The notes beneath the pieces are model-generated. The model was not told the DNA's origin, did no database searches, and was given only the letters and a program-made list of their open reading frames with translations. Source: a virus. Taken from it: a stretch of DNA of 64,000 nucleotides. Both the position numbers and the translations under genes were made by a program. The stretch covers positions 22,856-86,855 of IMG/VR virus record IMGVR_UViG_3300009163_000026; one strand, given 5' to 3'. Below are positions 1 through 8,953 of this stretch, piece after piece; position 1 is the first letter of the stretch; each line of letters starts with the position of its first letter.

Positions 1-129
1 CTTAACTATAATCTTATTACCATAGTCATCAAGAACCTCGTAGTTATCATCGTCGAGTTTTGTAATAATGGGGCAGCAGTTACCTTTGCCACATAATTGG
101 ATTTCATTTTCAGATAGTCGTTTAAGCAT
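1..129 (-). CDS. Small hypothetical protein, truncated by window edge (MLKRLSENEIQLCGKGNCCPII...)
   Basis: Hand-translated; ATG at 129, 5 nt downstream of an ACTAAATA late-type motif; open to position 1. Confidence 0.6.
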   Translation of the reverse strand, partial: MLKRLSENEIQLCGKGNCCPIITKLDDDNYEVLDDYGNKIIVK

Positions 130-181
130 ACCAGTATTTAGTTTATTATTTATATAAACAACTAATATTTTTAAAAAGATA

Positions 182-958
182 TTATACGCAAGACATGACA
201 AGCGCTGCTTCTTCATCACGCCGCTTTAATAATCCATCTAAACCCTTACCTACCCACAACCGCTTCATACTAAGAATCTGCTGTGCAATATATGGGTATA
301 TATTTTTGCTGCCCGATTTTATAGTTGTTTGAATATTAAACATTTCTACCCTACTCGGACCGGTGGTTGAAGCACCTCTATTAAAAACAACACTCACAAG
401 AGCGCCAAACGCATCAGGGTGCAACTTGTCTGCTCCAGGAAACGCCTTTATTGTTTCAGCGATAAATCTAGGCAAAGTATTTTTATTAAAGACAATCAGA
501 GCATTCTCCCACGGTATATCAATATTCTTTACAGATGCGACTTGCTTACGAGCAGATTCACTTTTGTATCCAAGTACTGTAGTAAGTCGGTTAAAATCGG
601 TAGGTGGTAGCAATTCTTTCCAGTCGCGGGTAAACTGACCTGTCGTATTATAACCTAAATCATATCCAATACCTATTGTTACGCCTGAGGCTCCGCCAGG
701 CCAACAAGGGTGTTTTAGTTGCTTATTATAATAAACTGAACCTCCACCTACTTCATAATCTATTATCAATTGTAATGCGCGATCAGATAGAGGATTAAAA
801 CTTACTGTACTTAGAGTAGATGTAGGCAACTCTTTTTCTAAAGGACATATTCGCTTACTTATAGCGAGCCATGTCTGCATACCATCAATACCATCCTCTA
901 CTATTCCAAGTTCACGTTGAACCTGTTTGACTAATATCTCGCGGTCTGTTGAGCTCAT
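182..958 (-). CDS. Endolysin: N-terminal peptidoglycan-binding segment plus lysozyme-like (pesticin/GH24-like) muramidase
   Basis: VQRELGIVEDGIDG PG-binding motif; IIDYEVGG..YY, WPGGASGVTIGIGYDLG, ALVSVVFNRG, GLLKRRDEEA; next to holin/spanin. Confidence 0.85.
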   Translation of the reverse strand: MSSTDREILVKQVQRELGIVEDGIDGMQTWLAISKRICPLEKELPTSTLSTVSFNPLSDRALQLIIDYEVGGGSVYYNKQLKHPCWPGGASGVTIGIGYDLGYNTTGQFTRDWKELLPPTDFNRLTTVLGYKSESARKQVASVKNIDIPWENALIVFNKNTLPRFIAETIKAFPGADKLHPDAFGALVSVVFNRGASTTGPSRVEMFNIQTTIKSGSKNIYPYIAQQILSMKRLWVGKGLDGLLKRRDEEAALVMSCV

Positions 959-1002
959 AACATTTATATTTAAGCAGTAGTAGACTAAATATAAATGTTA
1001 TG
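956..1002. promoter_or_regulatory. Perfect 17-bp inverted repeat forming back-to-back late promoters of endolysin and holin
   Basis: CATAACATTTATATTTA (956-972) / TAAATATAAATGTTATG (986-1002); each arm contains TAAATA and a start codon. Confidence 0.75.
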
Positions 1003-1197
1003 GAAATTATATTAAACTTAATAAAAGACTATCCTTGGTTCACAATCGTATCAGCTGTTGTTACGCTTGCTTCTGCAATAGCAGCTGCTACACCTACCCC
1101 GAAAGCAGGTACCCCGCTCGCTAAAGTATATTTCTTCATCGATCTTCTTGCTTTGAACATCGGTAAGGCTAAAGACACCGGTGCAGGAAAGAAATAA
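1000..1197 (+). CDS. Putative holin
   Basis: 65 aa, one clear TM helix, ASAIAAATPTP..KVY..IDLLALNIGKAK pattern, basic C-terminus, lysis context. Confidence 0.7.
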   Translation: MEIILNLIKDYPWFTIVSAVVTLASAIAAATPTPKAGTPLAKVYFFIDLLALNIGKAKDTGAGKK

Positions 1198-1209
1198 ATA
1201 TTACAACCG

Positions 1210-1470
1210 ATGGATATAATCGGTCTCATCAAGAACGCCCTGTTAGCTTTAACTGCTTTTTTAGAGTTAAAGAACAAGGCGTTCTATTATGATATACTCA
1301 GATCATCAAAAACAAGACAAAAAGAACTTATAAATGAAATTGAATCTCTTCGCACTAAGACTAATAATGCTGATAGTGATTATGCAGACCTCTTGCGGTC
1401 TGAACTTCTCGACGAAAAAAGAAACGCTGAACATCTATCAGCCTTCTATTCTATCACTGGAAAAAAGTAA
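1210..1470 (+). CDS. Putative i-spanin (Rz-like)
   Basis: Hydrophobic N-terminus then coiled coil; overlapped in another frame by a lipoprotein gene. Confidence 0.55.
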   Translation: MDIIGLIKNALLALTAFLELKNKAFYYDILRSSKTRQKELINEIESLRTKTNNADSDYADLLRSELLDEKRNAEHLSAFYSITGKK

Positions 1471-1573
1471 GCCAGTAATTACTAAAGACGGTATATATAC
1501 ACCGAGTACAGATGAAATATGGCATTCAGATAAGCGGTTCCGTTTATTAGAGCGTGAGATTTACTATAAGTAA
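1334..1573 (+). CDS. Putative o-spanin (Rz1-like lipoprotein), overlapping the i-spanin
   Basis: MKLNLFALRLIMLIVIMQTS-C signal with Cys21; overlap architecture typical of Rz/Rz1. Confidence 0.6.
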   Translation: MKLNLFALRLIMLIVIMQTSCGLNFSTKKETLNIYQPSILSLEKSKPVITKDGIYTPSTDEIWHSDKRFRLLEREIYYK

Positions 1574-1586
1574 TATTTTACTTTAG

Positions 1587-1709
1587 TTATCGTCCTTGAC
1601 CGCGGTATTTTTTCTTGTAATTTTTTGATTGCTTAAGGTGTGACGTTTTTGCTTTTGCGTGAATGCCTTTACGTTTAATTTTTTTATTTTTTTGTGCTAA
1701 GAATTTCAT
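1587..1709 (-). CDS. 40-aa highly basic peptide ending SKNYKKKYRGQGR
   Basis: Hand-translated MKFLAQKNKKIKRKGIHAKAKTSHLKQSKNYKKKYRGQGR; C-terminal motif resembles a recurrent phage small protein; TATAAT 6 nt upstream. Confidence 0.7.
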   Translation of the reverse strand: MKFLAQKNKKIKRKGIHAKAKTSHLKQSKNYKKKYRGQGR

Positions 1710-1858
1710 ACCATATTATATAATGTGAATCATATTTAGCTACCATAAATAAAAGATATGGAGCTATTTGACGAGGGTGTAAAGAGAATGCAAAAAATGC
1801 AAAAAATATTCAAATTCAATAGTGATTTTTTAGATTTATACACTATATATTAGTATCT

Positions 1859-2038
1859 ATGACAGACAAAGTATATATCAACAATATATTCAAACAGGAG
1901 CTCTCTAACTTAAAATGCGGAACAGCAGATGACTTCATTATTGTTACACGGATTGAAGGTGGTAAGGTGTTTTTTACCTATGGTGATTGTAAGCTACACG
2001 TCACAACGGCTGAGCTAGAGGAAGCTAGAGTTAATTAA
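1859..2038 (+). CDS. 59-aa hypothetical protein
   Basis: Hand-translated MTDKVYINNIFKQELSNLKCG...; fills the gap before dnaJ. Confidence 0.5.
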   Translation: MTDKVYINNIFKQELSNLKCGTADDFIIVTRIEGGKVFFTYGDCKLHVTTAELEEARVN

Positions 2039-2060
2039 TTTAAACAAGCACACATAAGAA

Positions 2061-3170
2061 ATGTCGGATAAGCGTGATTACTATGTAGTGCTAGAGGTAG
2101 ATCGTAATGTCGATGCAGAGGGTATTAAAAAAGCATATCGTCGACTTGCTATTAAGCATCACCCAGATAAAAATCAAGGTGATAGTGCTGCAGAAGAGAA
2201 ATTCAAAGAGTTAGGTGAAGCATATGAGATTCTAAGTGATCAAGATAAGCGAGCTGCTTACGATAGACACGGTCACGCTGCCTTCGTAGGTGGAGGTAGA
2301 CCGCAAAGTCACTCACATCAAGATATTTTCGCTCAGATGTTCGGTGGTGGATTTGGTAGCTTCTTTGGCGGTCACGCTGGGCCTAGACAGCAGAAGGGTG
2401 AAGATATACGTTGTGATATATCTCTTAATCTAGAAGAAGTAATACACTCAACTGCAAAAGAAATTACCATTCCACGGTTCGTTGGCTGTGAGGCGTGTAG
2501 TTCAAACGGTACACAGTCGACAAATGGCCTACAGACTTGTACGACGTGCAGTGGTAACGGTGTTGTTATTCAACAGTCTGGTATGTTTGTCCAGCAAACC
2601 ACATGCCCTGAATGTCGTGGTGCGGGTGAGATAATTACAGACCCATGTAACGTTTGCAGCGGTGAAGGCCGTGTACAATGTAACACTCAGATACAGGTGA
2701 ATATACCTGCAGGGGTTGATGCAGATACGCGTATGTGTATGCAAGGCAATGGTAACAGTGGTAGAAGAGGTAGTCCAAGTGGCGACCTCTATATACACAC
2801 TAATATTGTGCAACACAGTGTCTTTAGGAGAGAAGGAACTGAGCTGTTCTGCGATGTACTGTTGGATATTAAAACCGCTACCCTAGGCGGTACACTAACC
2901 GTGCCTACGTTTGAAGGAGGAGTAGTAATAAAAATACCAACTGGTACGCAAAGCGGTTCTGTGTTTAAGTTAAGTCATAGAGGTTCACCAATGATTAATT
3001 CAAGCGATAGAGGTAGTCTGAATATTACAGTACAGGTCGAAATACCAGTAGAGCTTGATAGCTATCAACAAGAGTTATTAAATGCATTTACTAACTCACT
3101 AGCACCAGTAAACACCCCTTTACATAAAGGCTTTACTACAGTAGCGGAAAGATTCCTGAACAAGATTTAA
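2061..3170 (+). CDS. dnaJ: Chaperone DnaJ (Hsp40, class A)
   Basis: J-domain with HPD, G/F region, four CxxCxxxG zinc-finger repeats, C-terminal domain. Confidence 0.97.
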   Translation: MSDKRDYYVVLEVDRNVDAEGIKKAYRRLAIKHHPDKNQGDSAAEEKFKELGEAYEILSDQDKRAAYDRHGHAAFVGGGRPQSHSHQDIFAQMFGGGFGSFFGGHAGPRQQKGEDIRCDISLNLEEVIHSTAKEITIPRFVGCEACSSNGTQSTNGLQTCTTCSGNGVVIQQSGMFVQQTTCPECRGAGEIITDPCNVCSGEGRVQCNTQIQVNIPAGVDADTRMCMQGNGNSGRRGSPSGDLYIHTNIVQHSVFRREGTELFCDVLLDIKTATLGGTLTVPTFEGGVVIKIPTGTQSGSVFKLSHRGSPMINSSDRGSLNITVQVEIPVELDSYQQELLNAFTNSLAPVNTPLHKGFTTVAERFLNKI

Positions 3171-3183
3171 TTTTAAGATTATA

Positions 3184-3522
3184 TTATAATATCTCGTTAT
3201 CTTTATAATATACATGAATTGCGGGGAAATGTTCAAGTATAAAATTATTTAGTCTCTCTGTACCAGGACGGAAATCGCGACTTTCTCCTTCATCACCCTC
3301 TTCGTCGAGAGTATCTGACCTGTGCCACAAATCAAAGTTAAAATTAGGATGGTCTTCCGCTACCATTATCTCCCTTTCAAATTTGAACCTCCTAGGATTA
3401 GGGGTAGGTCCCATATAGGTAACGTCTACATAAATATTTCCTAATTCCGGTAAGTCACCATCCTCACCATACATTTCGTGCGAAACAACATCAGCCTCAA
3501 TTTCAAATATTTTATATCTCAT
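3184..3522 (-). CDS. MRY-family protein
   Basis: MRYKIF start; VAEDHPNFNFD motif. Confidence 0.8.
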   Translation of the reverse strand: MRYKIFEIEADVVSHEMYGEDGDLPELGNIYVDVTYMGPTPNPRRFKFEREIMVAEDHPNFNFDLWHRSDTLDEEGDEGESRDFRPGTERLNNFILEHFPAIHVYYKDNEIL

Positions 3523-3970
3523 TGTCGTATGTATTTAAATTTACAAAGTCAGGAAGACATTTGTGTAGTATAGTACGTGTCATATCACGTGCAGCTTCTT
3601 TATCATCAGTAATAAAATAATATAGTTCGGCATCCTTCCTACGGGCGGCGTTTAGAACATCAAAATTAAAGCTGGGGTGTGATTCAGGTAGTATGTAATA
3701 GTACCGTGTTGCGTTACCGTATTGTGCATCTGTATTGCTACCACCATCAACCATCCTATATAGGTATTGAGCAACCCTAATAAATTCATATTTTGATAGA
3801 TCATCATCCTCATCGGTTCCTGCTGGACTCCAGTGGCTATTCAAAGCATTTTCTGGTACTCGGTCATACTTGAGTATACTACCATCGACTATCTTAACGT
3901 CTTCTATATGTAGTGTCTCAACTTCATCGAGATCAACAGCGCCTTGTATTTGAAATTTCTTGTATCTCAT
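3512..3970 (-). CDS. MRY-family protein
   Basis: MRYKKF start; ILPESHPSFNFD motif. Confidence 0.8.
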   Translation of the reverse strand: MRYKKFQIQGAVDLDEVETLHIEDVKIVDGSILKYDRVPENALNSHWSPAGTDEDDDLSKYEFIRVAQYLYRMVDGGSNTDAQYGNATRYYYILPESHPSFNFDVLNAARRKDAELYYFITDDKEAARDMTRTILHKCLPDFVNLNTYDNEI

Positions 3971-3971
3971 T

Positions 3972-4355
3972 TTAAAAGTAGTTACGTAACAAGTTATTAA
4001 ATTGCTTCCAAGCGGGGTGGTCTTTAGATATTATAGGCTTTACAGGTGTGTTATATGTACCACCTTCTCCAAGTACAACTCTATCTACTACATATATATT
4101 AAAGAATGGATGTGTCTCTGGTACAAAGAAAGCATTCCGAGAAAACGTCCGTTGATATTCTAACAACTCGTAAATACCATCACGCCATAAGCGGTAGCGA
4201 TTGTCTCTATATATCGGAGTATACGGAGGTGCACCAGGCTCCATTTTAAATTCGTCATCGGTTAGATAGAAAAAGCCATCAGGTATATCCGGATAGTTCA
4301 TACGCACAGATCGCTGTTGATCATTATAGCCGAAAAAGTATAGCCTATATCTCAT
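3972..4355 (-). CDS. MRY-family protein
   Basis: MRYRLY start; FVPETHPFFNIY motif; TATAAATA at 4375-4382. Confidence 0.8.
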   Translation of the reverse strand: MRYRLYFFGYNDQQRSVRMNYPDIPDGFFYLTDDEFKMEPGAPPYTPIYRDNRYRLWRDGIYELLEYQRTFSRNAFFVPETHPFFNIYVVDRVVLGEGGTYNTPVKPIISKDHPAWKQFNNLLRNYF

Positions 4356-4388
4356 TTTTATAACCAGTTAAGTATATTTATAGTAAAA

Positions 4389-4462
4389 GCGTCCGAAGGA
4401 CGCCCGGCACACACATCTTTGTCTCGTTGGTCTCGTTTGTCTCACTGGTCTCGTGTGGTCTT
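4389..4462. repeat. GC hairpin plus about 5 tandem copies of a 9-10-nt (T/G)GTCTC repeat
   Basis: GCGTCC-GAA-GGACGC then tgtctcgtt ggtctcgtt tgtctcact ggtctcgtg tggtctt. Confidence 0.6.
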
Positions 4463-4466
4463 TTTA

Positions 4467-5033
4467 CTATCGCCCGAATTCAAAAGGCGTCCCGTTAGGT
4501 CCAGCGGTAGCCATTACTCTCCCAAAATCATCAGTGTCTTCATTCGCTACAAGCGAGTTGTATTGTTCGTGGGTGATAATTAAATCACGTAGTTGCCTCT
4601 TAGTATCGAGATTGTGAAACTCAGTTGAGGATATAAAATAATCATCAACACAATTATACATTAAGTCTATATTAAACAAAGGATCTGTTTCATCTACTAC
4701 CTTTATAAAGAACTGTGTCATGGTGAAATGAAGATCTTGTTTAACGGATCGATCACCATATTCTTTCGATGTAGGTTGATCCTTACGTGTAACATAGTTA
4801 TAGAACTGAGTTTTACCTAACTGAACATAGTATAGGTGTCGGAGATTATAAGAGTAATTAGGAGAGATTATAATGTCGTCTCTACCATAAATGAACCTAC
4901 CAGGCGGCTTCTTAAGTATACCGGCAAGAGCGCCTATAAAATCTATTTCGGAGCCGTCGTGGATCTCGTCACCGTTAGTATCATAGGCAGCATCGTAAAC
5001 CCTATAGGAAAAATCAATTGCTTTATATCTCAT
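4467..5033 (-). CDS. MRY-family protein (long member); start re-called at MRYKAID
   Basis: ATGAGATAT at 5033; VVDETDPLFNID motif. Confidence 0.75.
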   Translation of the reverse strand: MRYKAIDFSYRVYDAAYDTNGDEIHDGSEIDFIGALAGILKKPPGRFIYGRDDIIISPNYSYNLRHLYYVQLGKTQFYNYVTRKDQPTSKEYGDRSVKQDLHFTMTQFFIKVVDETDPLFNIDLMYNCVDDYFISSTEFHNLDTKRQLRDLIITHEQYNSLVANEDTDDFGRVMATAGPNGTPFEFGR

Positions 5034-5041
5034 ATTATTTA

Positions 5042-5338
5042 TTACCAATTTCTACACGACCAGTAACCGGCCGATGTCTTATCTTTCTTCTGAGAACACT
5101 TGTGTCTAGCTCTGAATGACTTGCGGCGCTTTGGATTAGACTTCTTAATACGTAGATTAGGGTCTCCGTAATGCACTCGCTTATAACCGGTCTTTGTCTT
5201 CACACACCGCATATATTTCTTATCGGATCTACTAGAGGACTGCTGACCGGTTACCTTAGTGCATTGGGTGGCCTCTATGATAATAGAGGTATCAGCTAAT
5301 GCTTCCAGTAACTCATAATACTCGATAAACGATATCAT
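5042..5338 (-). CDS. Conserved basic phage protein (DUF6321-like), probable virion internal protein
   Basis: HYGDPNLRIKKSNPKRRKSFRARHKC..AGYWSCRNW; TATAAATA 5 nt upstream; CTS-like N-terminus. Confidence 0.7.
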   Translation of the reverse strand: MISFIEYYELLEALADTSIIIEATQCTKVTGQQSSSRSDKKYMRCVKTKTGYKRVHYGDPNLRIKKSNPKRRKSFRARHKCSQKKDKTSAGYWSCRNW

Positions 5339-5346
5339 ATTAGTAT

Positions 5347-5685
5347 TTATAGCTTTAGGGATTGCAGATATTTAAATAGTAGACTTGACAGTATGGGTGC
5401 TAGATCTAGAGAGAGGGCCGTGTTTATTTGAGTTTGATAAGCAGGAATATCAAAGATTTCTGTTTTAATAGCAGAATAATTAAAGAATTTATTATCCTCT
5501 GGTACCATATATATATCACCGTACATAGAACCGAGGAACCAAACACCATCTTTAGCCTCCTTAAATCCTTTAAGTACAAGGTTAGCCGGGTAGTTCACTC
5601 CTGCAAAGTTGCTTCCGTGTCTGATATATAATGTTTGATCATAATCCATCATTCCTTTATGTTTAAAATATGATTTGTATCTCAT
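5347..5685 (-). CDS. MRY-family protein
   Basis: MRYKSY; MVPEDNKFFNY; close paralog of 5691-6029. Confidence 0.8.
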   Translation of the reverse strand: MRYKSYFKHKGMMDYDQTLYIRHGSNFAGVNYPANLVLKGFKEAKDGVWFLGSMYGDIYMVPEDNKFFNYSAIKTEIFDIPAYQTQINTALSLDLAPILSSLLFKYLQSLKL

Positions 5686-5690
5686 TGTTA

Positions 5691-6029
5691 TTAGAGCTTT
5701 AAGGAGAAGAAATATTTAAGTATTAAATTTGACACTCTACCAGATACATCAAACCCAAAGACCGCGTTTAGTTCAGTTCGATAAACAGAATAATCAAAGA
5801 TTTCTTTTTTAAGAGGGTAAAAATTAAAGAATTCATTATCCTCTGGTACCAGATATGTATCACCGTACTGAGAACCGATGAACCAAACACCATCTTTAGC
5901 CTCCTTAGCTCTTTTAAGTCCAATGTTATTTGGGTTCTCCACGTCTACAAAGCTGTTTCCGTGTCTGATATATAATATCGAACCACAACTTATCGTTCTC
6001 CCCTCCACAAAATACGGTTTATATCTCAT
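5691..6029 (-). CDS. MRY-family protein
   Basis: MRYKPY; LVPEDNEFFNF; shares LYIRHG and KEAKDGVWF with neighbour. Confidence 0.8.
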   Translation of the reverse strand: MRYKPYFVEGRTISCGSILYIRHGNSFVDVENPNNIGLKRAKEAKDGVWFIGSQYGDTYLVPEDNEFFNFYPLKKEIFDYSVYRTELNAVFGFDVSGRVSNLILKYFFSLKL

Positions 6030-6973
6030 CTTTTGGTTAAGTTTGAATTATCTGGCAAAAACTTGCCTTTGAGTTCTAAGCGTTCTTGGTTATCGATCCA
6101 ATATTGCTGAAGGTCCTCAGGAATGTCGGCTCGGGTACTATCGAGGATTTTTAAGTATATATCATATACAGCGTGTAGGTCTCGGGCTGGTAAGCTATTC
6201 TTAAGCGCTCCAATTAGTTTAAAATAATCACCAGCTGTATCCGTGGTTAAATCTAAACCATATAGTCTATTAAGGAGACTTATAGCCTGGGGAGGACTCG
6301 ATGCCGCAATCTCTTGAGTTGCCTTATTTTTGATTCCATAGTTGTGGGAGAATGTATATCCTTTGTGAGAGAAAAGAGCTACAATAAGCTGGGTTCTGTG
6401 TAACCCTTTAATACTTCCTTTATAAACTGCCGAGTGGTAGGCAAACGATAACCAATCTATATCACCTACATTGATATCAATCTGAACATTCTGCCCTACT
6501 TCCCTACCCTGTTCATCATATTGAGGAAACTGACAGAAGAGAGAACCAGAGGAAGAACCTTTAATGTCTACTAAAATCTGCTTATCAGAGGCTTGGAGTT
6601 TTTCTGCAATTGCTACAATAACTGCTCGCTTAAGAAGCTGGGTATCTACAGCGGTCTTTGAGCGTTTCTTAAAACCAACAAAGAGGTCTTGAACTCTGTT
6701 ATCATCTAATCCCCAATCAGAAATATCTTTGAAAGAGTCCTCTGATAGAGCAAGATCTATGTCTCCTGAGTAGTCTTTTTTACCGACAGATCCAAGTGTG
6801 CGCACACCTTTAAAGTGTGGGTGTGCTTTAGGAAACACACCTCCAAACTGCTTAAAGAATTCTCGAAGAGTTGGATTTATATGCTCCTTTTTAATCGGAC
6901 CAGTCTCATCAAAAACATTACCCCCCTCTGTGAGAATTTGTCTTGTAGTAAAGAACCTAGCAAACGATATCAT
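6026..6973 (-). CDS. Pol-beta superfamily nucleotidyltransferase-like protein; start re-called at MISFARF
   Basis: LGSVGKKDYSGDIDLA (GS-x-DxD) plus VQIDIN third Asp; TATAAATA at 6983-6990. Confidence 0.75.
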   Translation of the reverse strand: MISFARFFTTRQILTEGGNVFDETGPIKKEHINPTLREFFKQFGGVFPKAHPHFKGVRTLGSVGKKDYSGDIDLALSEDSFKDISDWGLDDNRVQDLFVGFKKRSKTAVDTQLLKRAVIVAIAEKLQASDKQILVDIKGSSSGSLFCQFPQYDEQGREVGQNVQIDINVGDIDWLSFAYHSAVYKGSIKGLHRTQLIVALFSHKGYTFSHNYGIKNKATQEIAASSPPQAISLLNRLYGLDLTTDTAGDYFKLIGALKNSLPARDLHAVYDIYLKILDSTRADIPEDLQQYWIDNQERLELKGKFLPDNSNLTKR

Positions 6974-7036
6974 ATACAAGTGTATTTATAGGAGACCCAT
7001 TATAAAGAGCTCGAGAATTTTGGCAAAAAAAATTTT

Positions 7037-7384
7037 TTAGGGCTTAAAATTGTCAATTGCTAGTTGCTGTATCTCACGGGTCCGGTGTATGACATGATTA
7101 GGATACATTTCATCGTTTGCTCTGATAAGACGATCTATATTAAAAAATGGGTTACTCTCTGGTACCATATAGACAGCACCATTTGAACGGCGTTCGCTAG
7201 GGACCCATATACCATTTTTAATCTCCGTACAATTAATAAGATTAATACCCCATCTATAAGCCGGCTGATCGCTTTGCGGGTAGTGGAAGTTGTTACCCTG
7301 TTTTATAAACACCTCCCCACACCCCGCAAGCTCCGTCTGGTGAGTTATCTGTTCAACTTGAATTAAATATGCTTTGTATCTCAT
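7037..7384 (-). CDS. MRY-family protein
   Basis: MRYKAY; MVPESNPFFNID. Confidence 0.8.
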   Translation of the reverse strand: MRYKAYLIQVEQITHQTELAGCGEVFIKQGNNFHYPQSDQPAYRWGINLINCTEIKNGIWVPSERRSNGAVYMVPESNPFFNIDRLIRANDEMYPNHVIHRTREIQQLAIDNFKP

Positions 7385-7393
7385 TATTACAAT

Positions 7394-7750
7394 TTAAGAC
7401 TTTAAGGATTTGAGATATTTAATTACAAGAACCTTTACTCTAACCTGTAGATAAATAGGATCTGCATCCAATCCATTTATAATAACACCTGTAGTAAAAA
7501 ATTGGTGGCTCTCTGGTAAAATAAAGATATCACCTACTTCATGTTTGAGGAAATAGACACCATCGTTAAGCTCTTCACAATTCTTAAGGTTACTCATGAC
7601 AACGTTGCTTGTTTTATAATCAAAATGATCTCTATTGCTAATACCAGCGAGCTCCTTCATATCTACAAAGTCATTACCTTGTCTAGCTAACACCAACCCA
7701 CCAGGATATAATGACCTGTACCCCTGTATAATGCATGCTTTGTATCTCAT
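7394..7750 (-). CDS. MRY-family protein
   Basis: MRYKAC; ILPESHQFF. Confidence 0.8.
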   Translation of the reverse strand: MRYKACIIQGYRSLYPGGLVLARQGNDFVDMKELAGISNRDHFDYKTSNVVMSNLKNCEELNDGVYFLKHEVGDIFILPESHQFFTTGVIINGLDADPIYLQVRVKVLVIKYLKSLKS

Positions 7751-7759
7751 TATTAGTAT

Positions 7760-8167
7760 TTAAGACTTTATGGATTCGAGATACTTTATTGCTAAATTTC
7801 TTATTATATCTTTAGTGAGCAGCGTTTCGTCGATGTCCCGTAATTCATCCAACCCAACTAGAATAAGATCTACATTAAAGAAAGGATGAGTCTCTGGTAT
7901 ACAAAAGATAGCTGTTTCCCGTGCTCGGCCCGCTAAGCCCCTAGTTCCAGCAATCTCCTCTGCTGACGGAGGGTCAGCATGCATCCAGATACCATCTTCA
8001 ACTTCGTGTAGATCTTCAAGCATCATACTACCTGAGGACCCCCATTCAGTCCGAGAATTATTTACGAAGTTATTACCATTCCTAAACAGCATTGGCTCGT
8101 ACCCTAATCTAAATCTAACGGTTCCGGTGCGCAAAAATGTCTCTATAAGGTATCCTTTGTATCTCAT
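7760..8167 (-). CDS. MRY-family protein; start re-called at MRYKGY
   Basis: ATGAGATAC at 8167; CIPETHPFFNVD; TATAAATA at 8181-8188. Confidence 0.8.
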   Translation of the reverse strand: MRYKGYLIETFLRTGTVRFRLGYEPMLFRNGNNFVNNSRTEWGSSGSMMLEDLHEVEDGIWMHADPPSAEEIAGTRGLAGRARETAIFCIPETHPFFNVDLILVGLDELRDIDETLLTKDIIRNLAIKYLESIKS

Positions 8168-8301
8168 CTTTGTGTGTGTATATTTATACAAAGCCCTATA
8201 TAGAGACCACGAGAATTTTGACAAAAATTTTTGGACATGGGCTCAAACCCCGCCCTCCGGCGTCGCTATTATACACAATTCGGAGCGCTGGAGGCTCCAT
8301 A

Positions 8302-8337
8302 GAGCGTCTCTCTCCAGCACCATAGAGAGAGACGCTC
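8302..8337. terminator. 13-bp stem hairpin downstream of the early gene block
   Basis: GAGCGTCTCTCTC-N10-GAGAGAGACGCTC; no clear U-tract. Confidence 0.45.
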
Positions 8338-8348
8338 GCCCTCGGCGA

Positions 8349-8744
8349 TCACTTCGTACCATCAATCACTAGGCAGCCCATATCATCATCGTCCTCCCCC
8401 ACAAAGGTTTCCGGTTCTTCTTTACCTTCAAACACTACTACCTTCTTTACTGGCTTAGGCTTAGCTTCTTTCTTCACGGCTGTCTTCTTTACCTTAGCCT
8501 TAGCTGCAGCTGGTAACGCCTCAACGATCTCACCGCGAGTAATCTTACCTACCTCCTTGAGGTGCTCAGCTACCATCTTGAGCTCTACTACCTCTTGGCG
8601 TAGATCATCAGTGTACTTCATTGCGACGTTCCACAGAGCTTGCATCAACTGCTTATCAGTCGTCATCAGGTCTTGACGCACATAGGTAAACTCAGAGCGG
8701 ACTTGTTCAGGTGCAACGATAGTAACGAATTTGCTTTTAGTCAT
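8349..8744 (-). CDS. Hypothetical early protein with Lys/Ala-rich and acidic tail
   Basis: ORF track; GGAAC-N5-TATAAT at 8786-8801. Confidence 0.7.
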   Translation of the reverse strand: MTKSKFVTIVAPEQVRSEFTYVRQDLMTTDKQLMQALWNVAMKYTDDLRQEVVELKMVAEHLKEVGKITRGEIVEALPAAAKAKVKKTAVKKEAKPKPVKKVVVFEGKEEPETFVGEDDDDMGCLVIDGTK

Positions 8745-8802
8745 TTGATTAATTTGGTTTTAAGTTTAGCTTCTCTCTTCGCCTTATTATACGGCAGTTC
8801 CC

Positions 8803-8928
8803 TTACAAGAGCTCATCAAGCCCAGCAATGAAGTTCTCCCAAGTCTCTTGCTCTTCGTCAGAGAACGAGTCCCAGTTTTGGTTGATTGCAGCGATGATGG
8901 CTTTGATTTGATCGATTGATTGTTTCAT
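8803..8928 (-). CDS. 41-aa acidic helical peptide (MKQSIDQIKAIIAAINQNWDSF...)
   Basis: Hand-translated; own GGAAC promoter at 8937-8952; stop abuts next promoter. Confidence 0.7.
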   Translation of the reverse strand: MKQSIDQIKAIIAAINQNWDSFSDEEQETWENFIAGLDELL

Positions 8929-8953
8929 TACGCCTTATTATAATAGAGTTCCC

